From the NCBI GenBank assembly GCA_017306155.1, contig JAFKJB010000016.1, forward strand, positions 17,382-81,381: a stretch of 64,000 nt of DNA. Direction: 5' to 3'. The notes below the pieces were generated by a model, which saw only the letters and a list, made by a program, of their open reading frames with translations, did no database searches and was not told the origin of the DNA. Every line of letters begins with the position of its first letter. Within the stretch, counting starts at the first letter, position 1. Made by a program: the position numbers and the translations under genes. Shown here one piece after another: positions 29,127 through 39,310 of the stretch. Origin of the DNA: Nitrosospira multiformis (GTDB lineage Bacteria > Pseudomonadota > Gammaproteobacteria > Burkholderiales > Nitrosomonadaceae).

Positions 29127-30470
29127 ATGAATCACGTTCTGGAAATGGGTTTCGAGCGGGCGGTCATGAGCGTGAGCGAATTGAACCGCAACGCCAGGGA
29201 GTTGCTGGAGCAGGCTTTTCCATTGTCCTGGGTGGCTGGCGAGATCTCCAATATCAAGCGTTATGGCTCCGGCCACTGGTATTTTTCCCTGAAGGATGAG
29301 ATTGCCCAGGTGCGCTGTGTCATGTTCCGGGAAAAAAACCAGTACCTTGATTGGCAGCCCCGGGATGGCATGCGGGTGGAGGTGCGTGCGCTGGTAACGC
29401 TCTATCATGCACGCGGCGATTTTCAACTGAACATCGAGGCTATCCGTCACGCCGGGCTCGGTTCGCTGTTTGAAGCTTTCGAGCAGCTCAAGGCGAGGCT
29501 TGGAAAAGAGGGATTGTTCGATTCCGAGCGCAAGAAACCCTTGCCCGGGTTTCCAAAGCAGATCGGGATCATCACTTCTCCTGCTGCCGCCGCGCTGCAT
29601 GATGTGCTGTCCACCTTGCAGCGGCGCATGTCTTCCGTGCCCGTAATCGTTTATCCAACGCCTGTTCAGGGCGCCGGCGCTTCAATCAAGATCGCGGGCG
29701 CCATTCAAACCGCTGCAAGCCGGGCTGAGTGCGATGTACTGATACTGTGCCGGGGCGGTGGCTCTCTGGAAGACCTGTGGGCTTTCAACGAGGAGGTGGT
29801 GGCGCGCGCAATGGCGGCGTGTTTCATTCCCATTGTAAGCGGAGTAGGTCACGAAACCGATTTTACCATTGCGGATTTTGTCGCCGATGTCCGGGCCCCC
29901 ACGCCGACCGGCGCATCCCAGTTCGTGTGTCCGGATCGCACAGAACTGGCAGGACGTGGAGAAATTCTTTGTGGACGCATGCATCGCGCAATGCAGCGGC
30001 GCATCGAAAGCAGGATGCAGCATCTCGATATGCTGGGATGCCGTCTGGTACATCCGGGAAAGCGCATCGAAGCGCAACTGGCACAGCTTGCGCGTTTGCG
30101 CGAACGCCTGGAAAGTGCATGGCAGCGTCATGAGAAGGAGCGTTATTGGCGTTTGCGTGAGTTCCAGCAGCGCATGAAGATTGTCCGACCCGATATTCCA
30201 CGGCTGGAAGAACGCCAGCAGGAACTCCGTCTACGCCTTCAGCGGGTGATCGCATCCCGGATTGAAACTCTCGGCATGCATTTGCAGCGCCAGGAAGCAA
30301 ATCTTTCTCATCTGAATCCGGATTCCGTTCTGGCGCGAGGCTACAGTATTGCTTATGCCCCCGATGGCACGGTATTGAGAAGCAATGACCAGGTTGACGT
30401 TGGGGATGCCATCCGTGTGAAGTTCGCGAAAGGATGGAGCAAGGCCTCCGTGATGGAGAAGGGCGAATAG
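29127..30470 (+). CDS. xseA: Exodeoxyribonuclease VII large subunit
   Basis: SVSELN, GEISN, GHWYFSLKD, RGGGSLEDLWAFN, GVGHETD, LARGYSI. Confidence 0.97.
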   Translation: MNHVLEMGFERAVMSVSELNRNARELLEQAFPLSWVAGEISNIKRYGSGHWYFSLKDEIAQVRCVMFREKNQYLDWQPRDGMRVEVRALVTLYHARGDFQLNIEAIRHAGLGSLFEAFEQLKARLGKEGLFDSERKKPLPGFPKQIGIITSPAAAALHDVLSTLQRRMSSVPVIVYPTPVQGAGASIKIAGAIQTAASRAECDVLILCRGGGSLEDLWAFNEEVVARAMAACFIPIVSGVGHETDFTIADFVADVRAPTPTGASQFVCPDRTELAGRGEILCGRMHRAMQRRIESRMQHLDMLGCRLVHPGKRIEAQLAQLARLRERLESAWQRHEKERYWRLREFQQRMKIVRPDIPRLEERQQELRLRLQRVIASRIETLGMHLQRQEANLSHLNPDSVLARGYSIAYAPDGTVLRSNDQVDVGDAIRVKFAKGWSKASVMEKGE

Positions 30471-30726
30471 CAGGAATGTGAATTCAGGACTGCATTCCTC
30501 AACTTTCTGTCGAGTCTGGACATTCAGCCAAGGGTGGTGCAGACTTTGATCGTTGGTGGAATTGTGCCGGATCCGCATCGAACTCCCGTTCCTCCATAGG
30601 GAAGAGGTGATTTTTTCCCGAATAAGAAGCCGTCATGAAGATCGCTGCCATTCAATTCCGCTTATATGTTTTTGCCACTGGTCACTGATCTCTGCTATTG
30701 AACCTATCAGCTCTTTCCACGAAAAT

Positions 30727-31104
30727 ATGTCTCCAAAAATCTTTCTCACGCTGGGCGCAGTCAATGCATTTCTCTGTGTCGCTTTGGGTGCGTTCGGTGC
30801 GCATGGCCTGAAGCAGACCCTCTCCGCCGATATGCTGGCCGTATACCAGACCGGTGTGCAGTATCACTTTTATCATGCGCTCGGCCTGATCGCCGTGGGT
30901 CTCGTGCTGTTTCAGTTTCCCGCCTCCAGGTGGGTGGTGTTATCCGGATGGCTGATGCTTGCGGGAATCGTTCTGTTTTCTGCCAGTCTTTATGCGCTGA
31001 GCCTCACCGGTATGCGCGGACTTGGCGTCATCACTCCATTTGGCGGTGTGTCGTTCCTCACAGCATGGGCCCTGCTTGCCTACGGCGCGTGGGCAGCAAA
31101 ATAA
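30727..31104 (+). CDS. DUF423-family membrane protein
   Basis: VALGAFGAHGLK, TGVQYHFYHALGL, ITPFGGV; start at ATG 30727. Confidence 0.9.
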   Translation: MSPKIFLTLGAVNAFLCVALGAFGAHGLKQTLSADMLAVYQTGVQYHFYHALGLIAVGLVLFQFPASRWVVLSGWLMLAGIVLFSASLYALSLTGMRGLGVITPFGGVSFLTAWALLAYGAWAAK

Positions 31105-31171
31105 AACCATTTCTGCGAGTATCCGGAAGCCAGGACTCTTCTGATATCCTGAATCACCTGCACTGCATCCT

Positions 31172-32371
31172 GTGACGCTTTATCATTTTTTCGCTCCTTG
31201 TCCCCGTGGGGTGGAATTCGCGCTCGTCGCCGAGCTGGAACGCCTCGGTGCCTCTGCCATAAATCGTCAGGACGGGGGTGTGGAATTTCAGGGGGACTGG
31301 GATACCTGTTATCGAACCAACCTGGAAAGCCGTATTGCCAGCCGTGTTCTCTGGCGCGTGGCCAGCGAACCTTACGCTACCGAAATGGATGTATATAAGG
31401 TTGCGCGCCAGTTGCCCTGGCACGATTGGTTCGCTTCGGCGCTGACAATCAAGGTCAATGTGGCTGCTATCAAGTGTCCGTTGCAGAGCCTGGATTTCGT
31501 TACGCTCAAGATCAAGGATGGCGTCTGCGACAGATTCCGCGAAGGTGTCGGCAACCGGCCAAGTGTCGATACCGCGCAACCGGACATCCGGATTCACGGT
31601 TTTCTCGATGCTCGCAGGATTTCCCTGTATCTGGATACCTCGGGTGACGCGTTATTCAAGCGCAGCCTCCGAAAGAGTACCGGGGAGGCTCCGCTACGGG
31701 AAAATCTTGCCGCAGGAATTTTATCGCTGGCAGACTGGCGTCCAGGGATTCCGCTGCTTGATCCCATGTGCGGGAGCGGAACCTTTCTGCTCGAAGCAGC
31801 CCAGATTGCACTGAATATACCCCCCGGGCTGGGACGGGGTTTTGCTTTCGAAAGGCTCAGGATATTTGATAAAAAACGATGGGAACGGATCAGAAAGGCG
31901 GCAACTGCAAGGCAAAAGACGAAATTGCAGCAACCGATATTCGGCAGCGACCTGTATGGCAGTGCGATTGCTGTTGCCCAAGCCAATCTGGCGGCTGCCG
32001 GACTGTCCGAAGCAGTTACTCTCAAGCAGGCAAACGTGCTGGAACTGTCGGCGCCGGCGTCCTCCGGCTTTCTTGTCACCAACCCGCCCTATGGGGTGAG
32101 GCTGGGGGAGCAGAAACAGCTCATGGAGTTTTACCCGAAACTCGGAGACGTGCTCAAGAAGAAATTCAGCGGATGGAACGCCTACATACTGACGGCTGAT
32201 CCGCAGCTTCCCAGGCTCATACGTTTGACAGCCTCGCGCCGTATTCCGCTCTTCAACGGTGCGCTGGAGTGCCGCTTGCTGGAATATAAAATGGTATCGG
32301 GCGGGATGCGCAAAACGAAGAAAACAGCCATCGGCGAGCCAGGTCGGACAACAGGGGCCGGACATGAGTAA
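31172..32371 (+). CDS. rlmL: THUMP-domain rRNA methyltransferase (RlmL-like)
   Basis: LYLDTSGDALFKR, APLRENLAAG, DPMCGSGT, NPPYG. Confidence 0.85.
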   Translation: MTLYHFFAPCPRGVEFALVAELERLGASAINRQDGGVEFQGDWDTCYRTNLESRIASRVLWRVASEPYATEMDVYKVARQLPWHDWFASALTIKVNVAAIKCPLQSLDFVTLKIKDGVCDRFREGVGNRPSVDTAQPDIRIHGFLDARRISLYLDTSGDALFKRSLRKSTGEAPLRENLAAGILSLADWRPGIPLLDPMCGSGTFLLEAAQIALNIPPGLGRGFAFERLRIFDKKRWERIRKAATARQKTKLQQPIFGSDLYGSAIAVAQANLAAAGLSEAVTLKQANVLELSAPASSGFLVTNPPYGVRLGEQKQLMEFYPKLGDVLKKKFSGWNAYILTADPQLPRLIRLTASRRIPLFNGALECRLLEYKMVSGGMRKTKKTAIGEPGRTTGAGHE

Positions 32372-32867
32372 TCCCATGGTGCCGGTACGGAGCATATGGC
32401 TGGCGATATTCCTGTGTTGCTCGGCCCTGATCAGCTACGCGCTTTATCTGCAACTCGCGGGAAATCTTTTGCCGTGCCCGCTTTGTGTCGTGCAGCGCGT
32501 TGCTTACTGGTTGACAGGCTTGACCGCGCTGGCCGGTTTTTTTCATATTCCGGGAACAACAGGTCGCCGTATCTATGCCGGCCTGATGACAGTCTTTGCG
32601 TTTGCCGGCGGTTTGGTGGCCTTGCGACAGGCCTGGCTCGTCCGCTACCCGGAGGCATTCGAATGCGGTATCAGTCCTGAAGAAGAGTTTCTGAACGCGC
32701 TGCCGCTGGCACGATGGTGGCCTGACATGTTCGCAGCAAATGGCGATTGCGCCGATGTCACATGGAAATTTGCTTCGCTTACTCTCCCGGATTGGTCGGC
32801 AATTTTTTTCATGATCCTTGCCGCTCTCTCGATTTATGTCCTGCTCATCCGCGAGAATCGGCGCTAG
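32364..32867 (+). CDS. dsbB: Disulfide bond formation protein B
   Basis: PCPLCVVQR, second Cys pair (ECG...GDC), four TM segments; start at ATG 32364. Confidence 0.9.
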   Translation: MSNPMVPVRSIWLAIFLCCSALISYALYLQLAGNLLPCPLCVVQRVAYWLTGLTALAGFFHIPGTTGRRIYAGLMTVFAFAGGLVALRQAWLVRYPEAFECGISPEEEFLNALPLARWWPDMFAANGDCADVTWKFASLTLPDWSAIFFMILAALSIYVLLIRENRR

Positions 32868-32903
32868 TGATACACTGACAGCCGCTCTGAACCCCTTCGC
32901 CCA

Positions 32904-32962
32904 CCGTTCGCCCTGAACCTGTCCTGAGCTTCTTTGACCGGTGCAGGACAGGCTCGTTGAAG
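32904..32962. repeat. Degenerate REP-like element with 9-bp hairpin
   Basis: CCGTTCGCCCTGAACCTGTCCTG...CAGGACAGGCTCGTTGAAG; arms 32918-32926 and 32944-32952 are exact reverse complements. Confidence 0.45.
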
Positions 32963-33022
32963 AGGAGGTTGACGGGCAGGGCAGGAATATAGTGAGGAGC
33001 ACGGTTCTGGCTACAGTGCCTC

Positions 33023-33051
33023 CTTGAAAAATTGAACTCCCATCCCTATAT
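33023..33051 (+). promoter_or_regulatory. Sigma-32 (RpoH) promoter of htpX
   Basis: CTTGAAA-N14-CCCTATAT versus consensus CTTGAAA-N13/14-CCCCATNT, upstream of a heat-shock gene. Confidence 0.75.
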
Positions 33052-33087
33052 ATGATCCATCTTTGACATAAGGAAACGGAACTGCTC

Positions 33088-33969
33088 ATGAAGCGAATTT
33101 TTCTATTTGTCGTTACCAACCTGGCCATTTTGCTGGTACTGAGCATCACGCTACGCTTGCTAGGCGTTGATCGCATGCTTGATGAGCAGGGTGTGGGCAT
33201 CAATTACAATTCCCTGCTGGTCATGGCGGCAGTGATCGGTTTTGGCGGTTCGCTGATTTCGCTTGCCATGTCCAAGTGGACTGCGAAACGCATGACAGGT
33301 GCAGTCGTGATCGAACAGCCTTCCGATCCGACCGAGCGCTGGCTGGTGGAAACTGTCCGGCGCCAGGCCGAGCGTGTCGGCATCGGCATGCCGGAAGTGG
33401 CGATCTACGATGCGCCAGACATGAATGCCTTTGCTACCGGCATGAACCGCAACGAGGCATTGGTGGCGGTAAGTACCGGCTTGCTTCAGGCCATGACGAA
33501 AGATGAAATCGAGGGGGTACTGGCGCATGAAATAAGTCATGTCGCCAACGGCGATATGGTGACGCTTGCGCTGATTCAGGGCGTCGTCAATACCTTCGTG
33601 ATTTTTTTATCAAGAATCATCGGACATTTTGTGGATAGGGTAATATTCAAAACCGAGCGAGAGCATGGGCCCGCCTTCATGGTTACCACGCTGATCGCTC
33701 AAATGGTACTTGGGATATTGGCAAGCATCATCGTGATGTGGTTCAGCCGGCAGCGTGAATTTCGCGCGGACGCGGGTGGAGCGGAGTTGGCCGGACGCAA
33801 TAAAATGATCGCGGCGCTTGAACGCCTGCAACGCCGGCACGAACCCTCCCAGTTGCCGGAGCGGTTGGAAGCATTTGGTATTTCTGGAGGCGAAGGGGGT
33901 CTCAGAACCCTCTTCATGTCTCATCCGCCACTTGAAGTGCGTATTGCAACGCTTCGTGCGATGGCCTGA
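33088..33969 (+). CDS. htpX: Membrane zinc protease HtpX
   Basis: [36 protein letters not shown]. Confidence 0.97.
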   Translation: MKRIFLFVVTNLAILLVLSITLRLLGVDRMLDEQGVGINYNSLLVMAAVIGFGGSLISLAMSKWTAKRMTGAVVIEQPSDPTERWLVETVRRQAERVGIGMPEVAIYDAPDMNAFATGMNRNEALVAVSTGLLQAMTKDEIEGVLAHEISHVANGDMVTLALIQGVVNTFVIFLSRIIGHFVDRVIFKTEREHGPAFMVTTLIAQMVLGILASIIVMWFSRQREFRADAGGAELAGRNKMIAALERLQRRHEPSQLPERLEAFGISGGEGGLRTLFMSHPPLEVRIATLRAMA

Positions 33970-33982
33970 TCAGCCATGAAAC

Positions 33983-34024
33983 AAAAAAGGCGGGAGCATG
34001 CTCATGCTCCCGCCTTTTTGTTTC
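33983..34024. terminator. Bidirectional rho-independent terminator
   Basis: AAAAAGGCGGGAGCATG-CT-CATGCTCCCGCCTTTTT between convergent htpX and mlaA. Confidence 0.9.
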
Positions 34025-34094
34025 CCGTCAGAATTGACGCATCAGATTCGACAGGCTTTACTTTCTTGTTCCTTGCCCTTATTCCCTGGGTAGT

Positions 34095-34967
34095 TCAAAT
34101 CTCTTCTTCATCCTCCGTATCCTTCGGGGGATTCCCGTCATGCACCAGACTCCGCCGTCTCTGGAGGTAGGCATCACGGATAAACTCGTACTTGTCGAGC
34201 GAAGCTTCTTCCAGAGTCTTCTCGGATTTGAGGAATTCGGCGCGAGTATCTGTAACCCTGGTGGAACCCACTATCGGGCCTATAAAGGGTGCCACGAAAA
34301 AGCTGCCTACAAAAACAGGGTCGGTCACGGTGTCGATGACGCGCCCGCCTGCATCCCGCGCTGAACTGGGTCCGAGGAAGGGCAATACGACATAAGGCCC
34401 GCTTGCGACTCCATAATAGCCCAGGGTTTGCCCAAAATCTTCATTGTGCTTTTCAAACCCGATGCCGCTCGCCAGATCCACGATCCCGGCCAGGCCTAAA
34501 GTGCTGTTCACTACGAACCGGGTGCTGCTGGTGAGTGCATTATTGAATTTAAGCTGCAGAAGGTTGTTCAGCGTGATCGGTATGTCACCGAGGTTCGAGA
34601 ACACGTTTCCCACCGCTGTTTCGAGGGGGTCGGGCATTATCCATCTATAACCCTTTGCGATCGGCCTCATTACATAGTCATCAACCGATTCATTGAATGA
34701 AAATATCTTGCGGTTGACGGGTTCCCACGGATCTTTTTTACTGTAGGGCGGATAACTGGCAGGCGGGGCTGCGTTTTTGAATACGGGTCCCTCGATTGCT
34801 TCTGTTTGCCTGTTGTCATCAACAGAAGCGGTTTTGGCGGTCGAGGCATTCTTCTCTGCGGAGATGCTTCCCTCAGCTGCAGTGTCATTGGCCATGGCTA
34901 CACCGTTAAGGAGATATCCAAGAAGTAACGGCAATAATAGAGGAGAAGGTTTGACGAAGCGTGCCAT
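34095..34967 (-). CDS. mlaA: MlaA/VacJ-family protein lacking a lipobox
   Basis: DPWEPVNR..F.FN, RFVVNSTLGLAG, EDFGQTLG, GPYVVLPFLGPSSARD, DKYEFIRDAYLQRR. Confidence 0.92.
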   Translation of the reverse strand: MARFVKPSPLLLPLLLGYLLNGVAMANDTAAEGSISAEKNASTAKTASVDDNRQTEAIEGPVFKNAAPPASYPPYSKKDPWEPVNRKIFSFNESVDDYVMRPIAKGYRWIMPDPLETAVGNVFSNLGDIPITLNNLLQLKFNNALTSSTRFVVNSTLGLAGIVDLASGIGFEKHNEDFGQTLGYYGVASGPYVVLPFLGPSSARDAGGRVIDTVTDPVFVGSFFVAPFIGPIVGSTRVTDTRAEFLKSEKTLEEASLDKYEFIRDAYLQRRRSLVHDGNPPKDTEDEEEI

Positions 34968-35253
34968 AGTCAAGGTGAATCCTGAGATTAACAGGGAATA
35001 CTTTTCGCCATTATATATGATATAAGGTCAATTTCAAGCAAGAAAACACTTTTTTCTCGCCCCAATCGAGCGGCTTTTTCTGGTATGTTTATTTTTGCTT
35101 CTCCGCTTTACGACGCAGTTTTCGCGATCTTAAGGCTATCTTCTCCACTCTTTTTCCGGCTTGGCGGAAGAGCAACCAAGCCAAAGTTCAGGTAAATGCA
35201 TCCGCGGCATTTGGGGCAGGCCGAAAAGCGCTCGTGTATTCGACCACAATATT

Positions 35254-35925
35254 ATGCGTATCCTGATTATCGAAGATGAGGACAAGACCGTTTCTTTTCT
35301 CAAAAAGGGATTAACCGAATCGGGTTATATCGTCGATGCCTCGATGAATGGCGATGAGGGACTGCTTCTGGCTCTCGACATCGATTATGATTTGATCATT
35401 CTGGACGTAATGCTGCCCGGTCGCGATGGCTGGTCCATTCTCTCGACGCTGCGCCAGATGGGAAAAGAGATGCCGGTGCTTTTCCTCACCGCCAGGGACA
35501 TGGTGCAAGACCGGGTCAAGGGGCTGGAGCTCGGGGCAGATGACTATCTGATCAAGCCTTTTGCATTTTCAGAATTGCTGGCCAGAGTTCGCCTGCTGTT
35601 GCGGCGTACCCCCCAGAGACATCATGACACCTTGCAAATTGCTGATCTGGAGATTGAATTCGCGCGCCAGAAGGCAGTTCGCGGCGGCAATCGCCTCGAT
35701 CTGACGTCCAAGGAATTCGCGCTTCTGTCGCTGCTCATGCGGCGTTCTGGAGAGGTTTTATCCCGGACCTTGATCGCGGAGCAAATCTGGGATATCAATT
35801 TCGACAGTGATACCAATGTCATCGATGTGGCGATACGCCGACTACGCGGCAAGATAGACGATCCATTCGAAAAGAAACTGATCCATACGGTGCGTGGCGT
35901 AGGGTACGTGTTTGAAGATCGATAG
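35254..35925 (+). CDS. Heavy-metal response regulator (CusR/CzcR/CopR-like, OmpR family)
   Basis: LDVMLP receiver, [39 protein letters not shown]; start at ATG 35254. Confidence 0.9.
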   Translation: MRILIIEDEDKTVSFLKKGLTESGYIVDASMNGDEGLLLALDIDYDLIILDVMLPGRDGWSILSTLRQMGKEMPVLFLTARDMVQDRVKGLELGADDYLIKPFAFSELLARVRLLLRRTPQRHHDTLQIADLEIEFARQKAVRGGNRLDLTSKEFALLSLLMRRSGEVLSRTLIAEQIWDINFDSDTNVIDVAIRRLRGKIDDPFEKKLIHTVRGVGYVFEDR

Positions 35926-37330
35926 CCCGCGGAGGGTCGCATCCACATCCAGTCATTCGCACTGGTCGATCACCAGGCAATTGACCTGGCTTTATGCGTT
36001 ATCGGCCTCCGTCATGCTCATCTTCGCTTCAGGATTCCTTTATTGGATTCTCATCACGACACTGGAAAAAGAAGATGAGCAGTTTTTCGACAGACGGATC
36101 AAGTTTCTCGGGCGCCTCTTGCGGGCAGACGATCGGGAAGCCCTGGAACGTGAAATTTCCCAGGAAAATGTCGGATTTACCAACTCCCAGTATCGTACCT
36201 ACAGCCGTATTCTTGATGAATCCGGGATCACTCTTCATGAGACTCCGGGAATGGATCTGGAGACTCCCTCCGCTGTATTTCCCGACTCGCGCGAGTCGAA
36301 AGGCAAGATAAAGAAATGGTATTCTGCTGACGATAAAACCTATTTGCTGGTTGCCAACCGGATAGGAGGCGATGGTTTCGGCTGGCAGATCCAGATGGCA
36401 CTGGATGAGACAGACGAAGAGGTGCTGATCACCCGGTACGAGCACTATTTGGCCGGTGTGCTGTTAACCGGCATTCTGGTATCTGCAGCCATTGGAGCCA
36501 TCATCGCGCGGCGCGGCATGAAGCCCCTGGTAGATATTACCGGAGTTGCTGAACGCATCACGGCCAGCCAGTTACATGAGCGCATCGATGTCGTGCCGTG
36601 GCCTCAGGAACTGGTGTCGCTGGCACGCGCATTCGATGCGATGCTCGATCGGCTGGAAGATTCGTTTGATCGCCTTTTCCAGTTTTCGGCTGATCTGGCG
36701 CATGAGTTGCGCACTCCGATCAATAACCTGCGGGGAGAAGCCGAAGTGGCCCTTTCCAGGCCCCGGGAGGCTCATGAATACCGCGAGATACTTGCATCGA
36801 GTCTCGAGGAGTACGATCGCCTGTCGCGCATGATGGACAGCCTGCTATTCCTGGCCAGGGCCGATAATGCGCAGGCCATGGTTACCCGCAGCCGGATCGA
36901 TGCACGCACGGAAATCACGAAAGTCATCAATTTTTACGAAGCACTGGCTGCGAAACAGAAGGTTCAAGTAACATGCATGGGAGATGGGATGATGGATGCT
37001 GATCCGATTCTTTTTCGAAGAATCATCAGTAACCTGCTTTCAAATGCCCTGCATTACACTCCAGGGGGAGGTGAAATTGCTTTCTCCATCCAATATGTCG
37101 ACGGCGGGCTCGAGGTTGTCTGTCGCGACAGTGGAGAAGGAATCGCGCAGGAACATCTATCGAAAATATTTGATCGCTTTTATCGGGTCAATCCTTCCCG
37201 TAATACGAAAGAAGGCGCGGGACTCGGATTGGCTATCGTAAAATCCATCATCAGTCTTCACAGTGGCAGGATCGGTGTACAAAGCACTATTGGCCAAGGC
37301 ACGTCCATACGGCTTTTCTTTCCGACATAA
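35912..37330 (+). CDS. Heavy-metal sensor histidine kinase (CusS/CzcS-like)
   Basis: Two TMs, [38 protein letters not shown]. Confidence 0.9.
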   Translation: MKIDSPRRVASTSSHSHWSITRQLTWLYALSASVMLIFASGFLYWILITTLEKEDEQFFDRRIKFLGRLLRADDREALEREISQENVGFTNSQYRTYSRILDESGITLHETPGMDLETPSAVFPDSRESKGKIKKWYSADDKTYLLVANRIGGDGFGWQIQMALDETDEEVLITRYEHYLAGVLLTGILVSAAIGAIIARRGMKPLVDITGVAERITASQLHERIDVVPWPQELVSLARAFDAMLDRLEDSFDRLFQFSADLAHELRTPINNLRGEAEVALSRPREAHEYREILASSLEEYDRLSRMMDSLLFLARADNAQAMVTRSRIDARTEITKVINFYEALAAKQKVQVTCMGDGMMDADPILFRRIISNLLSNALHYTPGGGEIAFSIQYVDGGLEVVCRDSGEGIAQEHLSKIFDRFYRVNPSRNTKEGAGLGLAIVKSIISLHSGRIGVQSTIGQGTSIRLFFPT

Positions 37331-37432
37331 CATCCGTCATAGCCTTCGGTAGTTCTGCTGTAATCAGCTTGTCAACAGGGGATTTTGCATCACTCAATCC
37401 CTGTCGGCTTCAACCCTCAACCGCTTCCTGAA

Positions 37433-37488
37433 CATTACAGATTTGTAATGCCGCCGACATCATTCTGTCAGGATTCCCTTTTTATAAT
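37433..37488 (+). promoter_or_regulatory. Cus/Czc/Cop-type box plus -10 element (promoter copy 1)
   Basis: Palindrome CATTACA-GATT-TGTAATG (ATTAC-N6-GTAAT); TATAAT at 37483-37488. Confidence 0.75.
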
Positions 37489-37539
37489 CTCCGCCTATAA
37501 CCATTAGAATATTGTGGGAATCCAGCGGAGGAAGTCGAG

Positions 37540-37734
37540 GTGACGTTGTTGTCCATCAAGGCACTGCTAGGTGCTGCTGTGATAATCATCAGCTTAGCAA
37601 CTGATTTATTCCACCATTCGTCCGCATTATCAATCGCTCCATCAACCTCATCTTCGTCCATGGCTCAGGAATGTAAACCTCACGTTTCATTTTATTTTGT
37701 TATAAGCAATCTGCATGATCCTCATGCCTACTAA
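37540..37734 (+). CDS. Putative 64-aa small protein (signal-peptide-like N-terminus) or remnant
   Basis: GTG with GGAGG 9 nt upstream, directly after promoter copy 1; no recognised family. Confidence 0.35.
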   Translation: MTLLSIKALLGAAVIIISLATDLFHHSSALSIAPSTSSSSMAQECKPHVSFYFVISNLHDPHAY

Positions 37735-37902
37735 CCGGAGCCTCGAAGCCTATGGCATCAGCAAGATCCCTCTCTATTTTTTCTCCCGCAACGAAGCAGC
37801 AAAGACGGGAAAATTTTGATAATTATTGGGAATTTACCCAGCAACATGGGGGGCAGGCCGCCGATTATTGCAATGCATTACGGAGGGCGGTGAAAATCGC
37901 CA

Positions 37903-39270
37903 GTGACCTTGATTATTGACAGAATAACCCGGGATTTGAGCGGTGCGGCGTGGATCTTCACCCGGTTGCCGAACGACGGTTCGGCGGCAATGTACATCCA
38001 CCGCTGCATTCAGCGCGAGGTCTGGAGCAAGGAAATACTCGGCGATCGGATCATCATGCGCGCGGCGTTGCCGTTCGTGCCGTTCATGCTTGCTGTGCTG
38101 GTAGCGGCTTTCACAGCGATCAATGGTCCCGCTATCAAGAAGCGGACGGGGAAAGGACTGATCCGGCAGATCCGGGAGCAGATCGGGCTTGCGATACGCT
38201 TTGCGATTCCATCTCCGTGGTATTACATTTTCGAACTGCATGACGATGACAAGAGACTGCGCGCAGGGGAGTATCTGAACCGGTTAGAGACGAAAGGGGG
38301 GCTCTATCGCTTCCTGCGCGATAACAATGGTGGCCTCCCTGTTCCTGCGGAACGCAGTACCGGCTCCATAAAGGATAAGATGCGCTTCAGGGTCCGCTGT
38401 CGCGAGCACAGGATCGCGACTGCTCCCGTTTTTTTTTATATCGCCCAGGAAAAGGTTACGGCGGTAGATTGGAGTTCGTCGGAGCCATCGGCACTGCCCG
38501 AATTACCCGAGTGCGATCTTTTCATAAAACCGGTGCACGGTCAGGGCGGGAAAAAGGCCACCCGGTGGGAATATATCGGTTCCGGGCACTTTCGTGGCAA
38601 CGACGGCGGGGTTGCTACCGGAAGTCAAGTGCTGGAGCGGCTGCGGCATGCCTCGCGACACGGGGCTTTCCTCGTGCAGCCGCGGCTTGTGAGTCATCAT
38701 GAGATTGCCGATCTGGCCAGCGGGATACTTTCCACCGTTCGCGTGATGACATGCCGTAACGAAAAGGGGGGGGTCGAAGTGACCAATGCGGCTTTTCGCA
38801 TGGCGCGAAACAAGCGGGTCGTCGTCGATAACTTTCACGCCGGGGGTATTGCCGCCAATGTCGACATTTCCACCGGTACGCTGGGAAGGGGCACGCGCGG
38901 GGCCTGGGGAGCCACAGCTGACGGATGGTATGAGCAACATCCAGAAACCGGGATTCAGATCCAGAATCGCAAGCTGCCGTACTGGGTTGAGTTGATCGAT
39001 CTGGTGCAATATGCGCATGGCGTCGCCTTTTCCGACCAGGTTGTCATCGGATGGGATGTTGCACTGCTCGACAGTGGTCCGTGCATCATGGAAGCCAACA
39101 AGGCGCCCGATCTGGACATTATCCAGCGGGTGGAAGGCATGCCCCTGGGCAATCAGCGACTGGGAAGACTTCTGGCATTCAATCTGATGCGTACCGTCGA
39201 GGCGCAGCAAGCCCTTGCAGTCGGCGCTCGAAAGAGTACCGATCAGCCTTCTGGCATTACAGATTTGTAA
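37903..39270 (+). CDS. Sugar-transfer-associated ATP-grasp protein (start uncertain)
   Basis: IKDK, FIKPVHGQGG, FLVQPRL, STVRVMT, DNFHAGGI, HPETG, GWDVALLDSGPCIMEAN. Confidence 0.8.
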   Translation: MTLIIDRITRDLSGAAWIFTRLPNDGSAAMYIHRCIQREVWSKEILGDRIIMRAALPFVPFMLAVLVAAFTAINGPAIKKRTGKGLIRQIREQIGLAIRFAIPSPWYYIFELHDDDKRLRAGEYLNRLETKGGLYRFLRDNNGGLPVPAERSTGSIKDKMRFRVRCREHRIATAPVFFYIAQEKVTAVDWSSSEPSALPELPECDLFIKPVHGQGGKKATRWEYIGSGHFRGNDGGVATGSQVLERLRHASRHGAFLVQPRLVSHHEIADLASGILSTVRVMTCRNEKGGVEVTNAAFRMARNKRVVVDNFHAGGIAANVDISTGTLGRGTRGAWGATADGWYEQHPETGIQIQNRKLPYWVELIDLVQYAHGVAFSDQVVIGWDVALLDSGPCIMEANKAPDLDIIQRVEGMPLGNQRLGRLLAFNLMRTVEAQQALAVGARKSTDQPSGITDL

Positions 39271-39310
39271 TCCTTGCGACATCATTATGTCAGAATCGCC
39301 TTCTTATACT
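39255..39310 (+). promoter_or_regulatory. Cus/Czc/Cop-type box plus -10 element (promoter copy 2)
   Basis: Same 17-mer CATTACAGATTTGTAAT; TATACT at the same offset; 46/56 ungapped identity to copy 1. Confidence 0.72.

Noticed and set aside
38503-39285. 260-aa antisense ORF
   Set aside because: Shadow of the ATP-grasp gene.
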